A stretch of DNA of 64,000 bases, from sequence record KJ019095.1; one strand, written 5' to 3'. Below are positions 55,466 to 62,703 of this stretch, piece after piece (within the stretch, counting starts at the first letter, position 1; every line of letters starts with the position of its first letter). A program made the position numbers and the translations under genes. Under the pieces are notes generated by a model. The model was not told the DNA's origin. It was given only the letters and a program-made list of their open reading frames with translations, and did no database searches.

Positions 55466-55906
55466 ATGATTTATCCTACTATGAACTCCTGGTCTATGTT
55501 ATTCGATGAAATTGGTGAAATCAATTTTGATGACTCCGAATACACTGAAGACGTTATTATTCAACCTAACACTATGAAAGAAACAACTAAAGACGAAACA
55601 TTTTGGAGGTATGATGAGGGTAAAATTCTCCGTGAAGTAGAAGCTTACCTCTCAAGTACATATAAAGGTCACTACGTTGGTGGTGAAACCAAGATTCAAA
55701 CACTAGACCTTATTGATTCCATTGGTGACTCTGAGTCATTTTGTAGATCTAACGCAATCAAATACCTCTCTAGGTTTGGGAAGAAGGAGGGTAAAAACCA
55801 GAAGGATCTCCTAAAGGTTATTCACTATGCCATCCTCCTTTACCACTTCGCAGGACTACCCTTCACAGAAGATGCTGTGGAAACTCACTCGCCTACTGGG
55901 CGTTAA
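55466..55906 (+). CDS. DUF3310/SaV-like protein (T7 gp1.7-related fold)
   Basis: GHY...QTLDLI...FCRSNAIKYLSRFGKKEG...DLLKVIHY pattern. Confidence 0.65.
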   Translation: MIYPTMNSWSMLFDEIGEINFDDSEYTEDVIIQPNTMKETTKDETFWRYDEGKILREVEAYLSSTYKGHYVGGETKIQTLDLIDSIGDSESFCRSNAIKYLSRFGKKEGKNQKDLLKVIHYAILLYHFAGLPFTEDAVETHSPTGR

Positions 55907-55916
55907 CCCATATCTG

Positions 55917-55925
55917 TGTTATAAT
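55917..55925 (+). promoter_or_regulatory. Extended -10 sigma70 promoter for gp45
   Basis: TG-T-TATAAT upstream of the gp45 ATG. Confidence 0.6.
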
Positions 55926-55962
55926 ACACAGGAAACCATCTCATCCTTTATCTTTTATATTA

Positions 55963-56631
55963 ATGAAACTATCTGACGAAACTATTGCAGTGTTGAAGAA
56001 CTTCTCTTCTATCAACCAGAGTATTATTGTGGGTGAGGGTAACACCTTAAGAACTATCTCAGTGATGAAGAACATCCTTGCTGAGGCAAAAGTCTCTGAG
56101 AACTTTGAGAAGTCCTTTGCTATCTACGACCTCAATGAGTTTCTAAATGGTTTATCACTTCATGACAACTACGCATTGGATTTCACCAATGACACATTCG
56201 TTGTTATCCGTGAAGGTCGTCGCCGTGTGAACTATCACTTCGCAGACCCTGAAGTTATTGTTGCTCCACCTGATAAGCAACTCCAACTTCCCTCTGAGGA
56301 TGTATGTTTCCAATTGGATCACAGCCAACTCCTACAACTAGTGAAAGCTGCTTCTATCTACAAACTCCCTGATCTATCTGTTGTTGGTGAGAATGGTACT
56401 ATCTCCCTAGTTGTTCGTGATAAGAAGAACGACTCATCCAATGTGTATTCTGTGGATGTTGGTGAGACTACCGATGACTTCACCTTCAACTTCAAGGTTG
56501 AGAATACTAACAAGATTCTCGCTGGTAACTACGATGTGGTTATCTCTCAGAAACTACTCGCCAAGTTCACCGGACAGAAAAACAATGTTGAGTATTTTAT
56601 CGCTTTAGAACCAGACAGCACCTTTGGGTGA
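55963..56631 (+). CDS. gp45: Sliding clamp gp45
   Basis: MKLSDETIAVLKNFSSINQSI, FAIYDLNEFL and YFIALEPDS. Confidence 0.96.
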   Translation: MKLSDETIAVLKNFSSINQSIIVGEGNTLRTISVMKNILAEAKVSENFEKSFAIYDLNEFLNGLSLHDNYALDFTNDTFVVIREGRRRVNYHFADPEVIVAPPDKQLQLPSEDVCFQLDHSQLLQLVKAASIYKLPDLSVVGENGTISLVVRDKKNDSSNVYSVDVGETTDDFTFNFKVENTNKILAGNYDVVISQKLLAKFTGQKNNVEYFIALEPDSTFG

Positions 56632-56637
56632 TATTAT

Positions 56638-56662
56638 GGGAGGGTAACACCTCCCTTTTTTT
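56638..56662 (+). terminator. Rho-independent terminator after gp45
   Basis: GGGAGG-gtaaca-CCTCCC followed by T7. Confidence 0.85.
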
Positions 56663-57190
56663 ATGAACATATTCGTTACAGATCACTCACCCTATGCTAG
56701 TGCAGTTGTATTACCTGACCGCCATGTAAATAAAATGGGTTTAGAAGCATGTCAGATGGTGGCTATCATCTACTCTCACTGGTATTACAACTGGGGTGAG
56801 ATACACAAAGCGAACGGAGAACCATACTCTACTGAGAAGGGGGCGTTTCGCAACCACCCCTGCACCAAGTGGGCAGCAGAGAGTATGTACAACACAGCCT
56901 GGTTGATCGCTCATGGTCTAGCACTCTGTACTGAATACACTGCTAGGTATGGTAAGGTCCACTCTTGTGCTAAGACCTTGTTTGAAGCCAAGAAGATGTT
57001 CCATAGATACACTGGTGAGACCATCCTATGTTACAATATGGTGGAGGACTTCACCCGTGCCATGCCTGATGAGTTCAAGCTTGACACTGGTATCTCTACC
57101 TTTGATGCGTATAAGATGTATATTTCATCCAAACCTTGGGTGAAAGATAACTATCTCCGCAAACCTGAACGCAAACCCTCTTGGGTTTGA
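56663..57190 (+). CDS. Pyrimidine-dimer DNA glycosylase / endonuclease V family protein
   Basis: MNIFVTD...LPDRHVNKMGLEACQM, HPCTKWA and GLALCTEYTARYGKVH. Confidence 0.75.
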   Translation: MNIFVTDHSPYASAVVLPDRHVNKMGLEACQMVAIIYSHWYYNWGEIHKANGEPYSTEKGAFRNHPCTKWAAESMYNTAWLIAHGLALCTEYTARYGKVHSCAKTLFEAKKMFHRYTGETILCYNMVEDFTRAMPDEFKLDTGISTFDAYKMYISSKPWVKDNYLRKPERKPSWV

Positions 57191-57211
57191 TTACTTTATT
57201 ATCTTTTTATT

Positions 57212-58162
57212 ATGAACGAACGCACTGATTTCCTATGGACAGAGAAATACCGCCCACAGGTTATTGATGATTGTATTCTCCCCGATCACGTAAAGAATAC
57301 ATTCAAGGAGTTTGTTGCTAAGGGTGAGATCCCTAACCTCTTGTTATCTGGTCCTCCTGGTATTGGTAAGACCACAATTGCCAAAGCTCTTTGTAATGAG
57401 ATTGGTGCCGACTACTATGTAATCAATGGATCCGATGAGGGAAGATTCCTTGATACAGTCCGTAACCAAGCAAAGAACTTTGCTTCCACAATGTCCCTTA
57501 CCTCGGAAGCAAAACACAAGGTCATCATTATCGATGAGGCAGATAACACAGGTAGTGATGTTCAGATGTTGCTTCGTGCAAACATCGAGGCATTCTACAA
57601 GAACTGTCGTTTCATCTTTACCTGCAACTATAAGAACAAGATCATTGAACCCCTCCACAGTAGGTGTGCAGTGGTTGAGTTCTCCGCTAAGGGTAAGGAT
57701 AGACAACAGATCGCCGCGTCCTTCTTCCAGAGACTCTCTGGTATCTTAGAAAAGGAACATGTAGAGGCTGACAAGAAGGTTCTGGTAGAACTAGTTCAGA
57801 AACACTTCCCTGACTTCAGGAGGGTTCTAAATGAGGTTCAGAGGTATTCCAGTAGTGGTAAGATCGACTCTGGTATCCTAGCAACCTTCTCTGAAGTTAA
57901 GGTAGAGGACCTTATCAAACACCTTCGTGAGAAGAACTTTGTTGAAGTCCGTAAGTGGGTTGTTGCTAACTTAGATAACGATACTAATAGTATCCTCCGT
58001 AAGTTATACGACACCCTATCTACACAACTAAAAGGTCCTTCTATCGCTGCTGCTGTATTGGTTATCGCCAAGTATCAGTATCAGGGAGCCTTTGTAGCTG
58101 ACCAGGAGATCAACCTCCTAGCAGCTCTAACCGAAATTATGATTGAATGTGAGTTTTCCTAA
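57212..58162 (+). CDS. gp44: Clamp loader large subunit gp44
   Basis: FLWTEKYRPQ, GPPGIGKTT, IIIDEAD, SRC motif (LHSRCAV) and HFPDFRR. Confidence 0.96.
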   Translation: MNERTDFLWTEKYRPQVIDDCILPDHVKNTFKEFVAKGEIPNLLLSGPPGIGKTTIAKALCNEIGADYYVINGSDEGRFLDTVRNQAKNFASTMSLTSEAKHKVIIIDEADNTGSDVQMLLRANIEAFYKNCRFIFTCNYKNKIIEPLHSRCAVVEFSAKGKDRQQIAASFFQRLSGILEKEHVEADKKVLVELVQKHFPDFRRVLNEVQRYSSSGKIDSGILATFSEVKVEDLIKHLREKNFVEVRKWVVANLDNDTNSILRKLYDTLSTQLKGPSIAAAVLVIAKYQYQGAFVADQEINLLAALTEIMIECEFS

Positions 58163-58164
58163 TT

Positions 58165-58455
58165 ATGAATGTCAAACTAATCCGTATGAACTCTGGCGAA
58201 GATGTTATCGCCGACCTCATCAGTGAGACTGATGATACACTAGTTCTATCCAACCCTATTGTTTTAGTTCCTGGTCAAGGTGGAACACTAGGTTTCGCAC
58301 CATGGTCACCAGTTATCTCCCCAGATGTTAAAGAGATTACTATTCGGGCTAACTATGTTGTATTCATGAGTGAGCCAAATGAGGATGTAGTGGATAACTA
58401 CAACCAAATCTTTTCCCCCATTGTCACACCAAGCAGTAAAGGATTAATCTTATGA
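58165..58455 (+). CDS. Conserved hypothetical protein, Sm-like small beta-barrel family
   Basis: VKLIRMNSGEDVIADL...LSNP...FAPW. Confidence 0.7.
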   Translation: MNVKLIRMNSGEDVIADLISETDDTLVLSNPIVLVPGQGGTLGFAPWSPVISPDVKEITIRANYVVFMSEPNEDVVDNYNQIFSPIVTPSSKGLIL

Positions 58456-58694
58456 TGGATACAGTTGTACTCTATACAAACAACGGTCAGGAGTCGGAGA
58501 GAATCCAACAACTACTGACTAGTGTAGGTGGTGAGTTTCATATCTATACCTTAGATCAAGACTTCACACAGGACCAATTCCGTAAGGAGTTTGGTGTATC
58601 TGCGGAATACCCACAGGTCGCCATAGGTTATAATCATATTGGGGGTCTCAAGGAAACCCTACATTATCTAACGGACGAAGGACTTATTAAATGA
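58452..58694 (+). CDS. Glutaredoxin-fold protein lacking cysteines
   Basis: VVLYT start, cis-Pro YPQVAIG and HIGG motifs. QESE sits where CPYC would be. Confidence 0.65.
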   Translation: MMDTVVLYTNNGQESERIQQLLTSVGGEFHIYTLDQDFTQDQFRKEFGVSAEYPQVAIGYNHIGGLKETLHYLTDEGLIK

Positions 58695-59101
58695 CCCTGG
58701 AACTCAAAGACTGGTTGAATAGTTTAAACATGAGTAAGGAAGACCTTATTGATGGAGATCCTGATGTGGAGAAAGAGTATCCACCATTCATTGTCAATAA
58801 GTGTATGTCTGGTCAGATGGACGCACTTATGTTTGCTAATGAGATGAATAAGTTCCCCTCACTAGATAAAAAGTTACAATATGATTTTTATCTAAATAGT
58901 TTGCGGAAGAGAAAGCGTTTCTCTCCTTGGTTAAGGAAGGATAAGATTAAACACCTTGAGACCGTTCGTAAGTTTTATGGCTTTTCCACTGAAAAAGCAG
59001 AACAAGCTTTGAATATTTTATCCAATGAACAACTTGACTTTATCTATGATAAGCTTGACACTGGGGGAACCAAACCATGCAAACGGACGAAAGGGGGGTA
59101 G
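58691..59101 (+). CDS. gp62: Clamp loader small subunit gp62
   Basis: LKDWLNSLN, YPPFIVNKCMS, LQYDFYLNSLRKRKRFSPW and C-terminal TGG. Confidence 0.92.
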   Translation: MTLELKDWLNSLNMSKEDLIDGDPDVEKEYPPFIVNKCMSGQMDALMFANEMNKFPSLDKKLQYDFYLNSLRKRKRFSPWLRKDKIKHLETVRKFYGFSTEKAEQALNILSNEQLDFIYDKLDTGGTKPCKRTKGG

Positions 59102-59505
59102 TATCTTGGGACCCCTCATATATGATAGAAGTATTTTTGTCAGAACCTGACGACTTCCTAAAGGTACGAGAAACTCTTACTCGTATTGGTGTGGCATCTC
59201 GCAAAGAAAAGAAGATATACCAGTCTTGTCATATTCTACATAAACAGGGAAGATACTTTATAGTTCATTTTAAGGAACTCTTTGCCCTTGATGGTAAGCA
59301 TACTACAATTACCTTGAATGATATACAGAGACGCAATCGTATTGTTAAACTACTATCCGATTGGAACTTGATTGAAGTTTCAGATAGTATCGATATTACA
59401 GATGTTGCCCCTCTGAATCAAATAAAAGTTCTCTCATATAAAGAAAAAGAAGACTGGATACTAGAACCGAAATATAACATTGGAAGTGTGAAACGTTCAG
59501 AATAA
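59077..59505 (+). CDS. regA: Translational repressor RegA
   Basis: PDDFLKVRETLTRIGVAS, QSCHILHKQGRYFIVHFKELFALDGK and RRNRIVKLLSDW. Confidence 0.96.
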   Translation: MQTDERGVVSWDPSYMIEVFLSEPDDFLKVRETLTRIGVASRKEKKIYQSCHILHKQGRYFIVHFKELFALDGKHTTITLNDIQRRNRIVKLLSDWNLIEVSDSIDITDVAPLNQIKVLSYKEKEDWILEPKYNIGSVKRSE

Positions 59506-59520
59506 CCGAACATCATATGG

Positions 59521-59546
59521 GGGGAGTTCCACACTCCCCTTTTTTT
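59521..59546 (+). terminator. Rho-independent terminator after regA
   Basis: GGGGAG-ttccaca-CTCCCC followed by T7. Confidence 0.88.
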
Positions 59547-59624
59547 GTGCCTATGCTATATAATACAGGGGTAGTCGCCACTCAGGGACTACACCTTATA
59601 CATCTCGCTTATTAGGAGAAACAC

Positions 59625-60068
59625 ATGTCTGGATTAGCACGCTATTATGGTTCTGGGGATATTGAGAAGTTCCTCAAGGACGTTGATAAGTATTCAATCG
59701 GAATGGATGAATGGTTCCATAGGTTCGGAGCACTTCACCAAACAGAAGCAAACTACCCACCCTACAACGTTATTCAGGAGAATGCAGTCTCCTATCGTGT
59801 AGAGGTTGCAGTTGCTGGATTTGCAACAAAAGAACTAGAAGTATTCACAGAGAACAACAAACTCTACGTGGAGGGTCAGAAGGAACTGGCGGAACCTAAG
59901 GAGGGTGAGTCCTACGTTCATCGTGGAGTGGCTGCAAGGTCCTTTAAGAGGGTCTGGACCATCTCTGACGACGTGGAAGTGAAGGACGTGGAGGTTTCCA
60001 ATGGTCTCCTCACCATCCGACTCTCTCGTATCGTTCCTGACCACCAGAAGAGACGTTCCTATCTCTGA
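59625..60068 (+). CDS. hsp20: Small heat shock protein (Hsp20/IbpA family)
   Basis: NYPPYNV, VEVAVAGF, YVHRGVAARSFKRVW, NGLLTIRL and IVPDHQK. Confidence 0.94.
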   Translation: MSGLARYYGSGDIEKFLKDVDKYSIGMDEWFHRFGALHQTEANYPPYNVIQENAVSYRVEVAVAGFATKELEVFTENNKLYVEGQKELAEPKEGESYVHRGVAARSFKRVWTISDDVEVKDVEVSNGLLTIRLSRIVPDHQKRRSYL

Positions 60069-60129
60069 CCTATATACCAGTGAGACTATTTTCTCCGGGA
60101 GTATTGATCTCCCAAATATCGTCGCACCT

Positions 60130-60166
60130 GGGGGGTCCTGTCACAAAACAGGGTTGCCCCCTTTTT
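60130..60166 (+). terminator. Terminator hairpin after hsp20, overlapping a sigma70 promoter (TTGCCC 60154, TATAAT 60176)
   Basis: GGGGG-TCCTG...CAGG-GTTG-CCCCC followed by T5. Confidence 0.7.
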
Positions 60167-60196
60167 GGTGCATGTTATAATATAGTATAAACTAAA

Positions 60197-60583
60197 ATGA
60201 ACAATGATTATGATAGGGAACTTCCTTCCCCAACCGGATCTACGGGGGCAGTTGAACTAATGATTGAATCTATTGACCAGATGAGCAACAATGATCCAGT
60301 AGTAAAACTAGTTCTACTGAAGAATAATGAAACTATTATTGCTGAGGTTCGTGAGAGTATCGATGGAAGTAGTGTTCAGCTCATTGACCCTCGTGTAGTT
60401 CTACTACAGGCAGCAAGACCATCTGATGACGGACAGACCACAACAACTGCCATCTCATATACCGACTGGTTACCTTTGTCTGAGAGTAGAAACTTCACTA
60501 TTGCTGGTGATTATGTGGTCCTTATCACTGATCCCATTGAAAGTTTAGTAGAAAGTTATACACAGGCACGACAAAATGGATGA
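60197..60583 (+). CDS. Hypothetical protein, Sm-like small beta-barrel family (start uncertain: 60197/60260/60281)
   Basis: VKLVLLKNNETIIAEV...LIDP...YTDWLPLS...VVLITDP. Confidence 0.65.
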   Translation: MNNDYDRELPSPTGSTGAVELMIESIDQMSNNDPVVKLVLLKNNETIIAEVRESIDGSSVQLIDPRVVLLQAARPSDDGQTTTTAISYTDWLPLSESRNFTIAGDYVVLITDPIESLVESYTQARQNG

Positions 60584-60857
60584 AACTATTAGAGTATTGG
60601 TCTTGACCAATGGAAAAGTCCTTATCAGTAAGATCGAAGAGATAGGAGGTGCTGATATCGGGGAGCCAGACTGCCGTCTAACCGACCCAGTATGGTATAA
60701 TGATGAGGTGGAGGAAATGACTGAAGGGTTCAAACGCTTTCCTGGTAAGGGGATAACACCCGATACCAAGTTGGCCATCTCTTCTGTCAATATCTTGACT
60801 CTGGTTACCCCAGATAATAAACTCCTCAGTGAATACCTCGTGTTTATTAGTGATTAA
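60576..60857 (+). CDS. Hypothetical protein, Sm-like small beta-barrel family
   Basis: IRVLVLTNGKVLISKIEE...EPDCRLTDP...ILTLVTP, coupled to gp43. Confidence 0.65.
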   Translation: MDETIRVLVLTNGKVLISKIEEIGGADIGEPDCRLTDPVWYNDEVEEMTEGFKRFPGKGITPDTKLAISSVNILTLVTPDNKLLSEYLVFISD

Positions 60858-62332
60858 TGTCTAACAAGTTCTACACCAATGTTCAGCTTTATGGTAACAA
60901 CATCCTCCTACGCGGGTATGAGAACGGAGAGAAGTTTCACACTAGGGAACAATACTCTCCCACACTATATGTGAGTTCTAAGAAACCTAGTGAGTGGAAA
61001 ACACTTACTGGTGAGAATGTTCAACCAGTGAAACCCGGATCTATTAGAGATTGTAGGGATTTTATCAAGAAGTATAAAGATGTAGAGAACTTTAATGTGT
61101 TTGGTAATGAGAGGTTTGCCTTTCAATACATTGCAGACAACTATCCTGGGGAGATTGAATATGATCCTCAGTTGATTAATATCTTGAGTTTGGATATTGA
61201 GGTTGAGTCTGAACATGGTTTCCCAGATCCAGAGTCTGCTAATGAGGAAGTACTACTCATTACTATTCAGGACTATGTTACCAAACAAATCATTACTTGG
61301 GGTCAGATAAAGCATGGGGAGTTTGATAACCAACAGGATAATGTAGATTTCCGTCCCTGTGAGAGTGAGTATCACCTACTGAGTGCCTTTATTCAGTGGT
61401 GGCAACAGAACCCACCTGATGTTATCACTGGGTGGAACATTGACTATTACGATATTCCATACCTCGTTAGACGTATGAAGAGGGTGTTGGGTGATAAACT
61501 AGCAAGCACTATCTCCCCTTGGAAGTTCGTAACAGACGAAGAGCACTTCTTCAAGGGTATGAATAAACTATATTATAATATCGCTGGTATTACCCAACTA
61601 GACTACCTAGTTTTATACACTAAGTTCACATATACGAACCAAGAGTCATACAGACTAGACCACATTGCTAATGTGGAGTTGGGTCAGCAGAAGTTAGACC
61701 ACTCTGAGTTTGAAACTTTCAAAGACTTCTACCGAAAAGGTTGGCAGAAGTTCGTAGAATATAACATCGTTGACGTGGAACTGGTTGATAGGATGGAAGA
61801 GAAGTTGAAACTCATTGACCTTGCCATCACTATGGCGTTTGATGCCAAGGTTAACTTCCAGGATGTATTCTCACAGGTGAGACTATGGGATACTATTATC
61901 TATAACTATCTCAGGGATAGGAACATTGTTATCCCTCAGAAGGAACAGACTAGTAAGAGTGAGAAGTTCGCTGGAGCATATGTAAAAGAACCCAAACCCG
62001 GTCTATATGAATGGGTGGTGTCCTTTGACCTTAACTCCCTGTATCCTCACCTACTAATGCAATACAACATCTCTCCAGAAACATTGATGGAAGAGAGGTG
62101 TCCTAATATCTCCATTGAAAAGGTTCTCAATGAAGAAGTAACCTTTGAGATGTATAAAGACTATGCTGTTTGTCCTAATGGGGCAATGTATCGCAAAGAT
62201 GTCCGCGGGTTCCTACCAACCCTAATGGAAAAGATGTATGATGAACGAAAGGCGTTCAAACAAAAGATGTTGAAGTCCAAACAAATCCTCGTTGATATCG
62301 AGGCTGAAATGAAAAGAAGAGGTGTATTATGA
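60857..62332 (+). CDS. gp43A: Family B DNA polymerase, N-terminal half (gp43A: exonuclease plus Pol motif A)
   Basis: ExoI LDIEVESE, ExoII GWNIDYYDIPY, ExoIII YNIVDV and motif A SFDLNSLYP. It stops in the fingers domain. Confidence 0.93.
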   Translation: MSNKFYTNVQLYGNNILLRGYENGEKFHTREQYSPTLYVSSKKPSEWKTLTGENVQPVKPGSIRDCRDFIKKYKDVENFNVFGNERFAFQYIADNYPGEIEYDPQLINILSLDIEVESEHGFPDPESANEEVLLITIQDYVTKQIITWGQIKHGEFDNQQDNVDFRPCESEYHLLSAFIQWWQQNPPDVITGWNIDYYDIPYLVRRMKRVLGDKLASTISPWKFVTDEEHFFKGMNKLYYNIAGITQLDYLVLYTKFTYTNQESYRLDHIANVELGQQKLDHSEFETFKDFYRKGWQKFVEYNIVDVELVDRMEEKLKLIDLAITMAFDAKVNFQDVFSQVRLWDTIIYNYLRDRNIVIPQKEQTSKSEKFAGAYVKEPKPGLYEWVVSFDLNSLYPHLLMQYNISPETLMEERCPNISIEKVLNEEVTFEMYKDYAVCPNGAMYRKDVRGFLPTLMEKMYDERKAFKQKMLKSKQILVDIEAEMKRRGVL

Positions 62333-62487
62333 GTTTTCGTCACAAAACATATGGTGGTCTAGTTCATTATGACCACAATGATAAGATTATAGTCATTGAA
62401 CGTCGATTGAATCCAATGCAACATCACGCTATGCTTGTGAGTAAGTTGAAGGAAGAGTATCCAGAGTATCAAGTAGTTACTGGATAG
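62329..62487 (+). CDS. Small hypothetical protein (52 aa) inside the split polymerase, not in the ORF track
   Basis: MSFRHKTYGGLVHYDHNDKIIVIERRLNPMQHHAMLVSKLKEEYPEYQVVTG*. ATGA overlap and SD GAGGTG. Confidence 0.6.
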   Translation: MSFRHKTYGGLVHYDHNDKIIVIERRLNPMQHHAMLVSKLKEEYPEYQVVTG

Positions 62488-62702
62488 TGAGTGGTTTAGT
62501 TGCTGAGATTATGCAAGTCGTTACTATGATTACTATGCTATTCAATATGTGCAATAGTAATGAGTTCAACAGACAAGCATGTATGAAAGACTGGGATACT
62601 TGGTTATTACCTGAGATATCCCGTGCGTGGCAAATTAAAACAGGTCAGGAAGCCCCTTACCAAAACGAGGAAGATGTGGTAGAATGGCACCAACAGCAGT
62701 GA
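62487..62702 (+). CDS. Hypothetical protein (71 aa) inside the split polymerase
   Basis: GTG overlaps the previous TAG (alternative ATG at about 62510). Contains C...ACMKDWDTWLLPE...AWQIKTG...PYQ. Confidence 0.6.
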   Translation: MSGLVAEIMQVVTMITMLFNMCNSNEFNRQACMKDWDTWLLPEISRAWQIKTGQEAPYQNEEDVVEWHQQQ

Positions 62703-62703
62703 G

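Noticed and set aside
59054-59059. Perfect TTGACA upstream of regA
   Set aside because: It encodes the conserved gp62 C-terminus (KLDTGG), and no -10 hexamer lies at 16-18 nt spacing.
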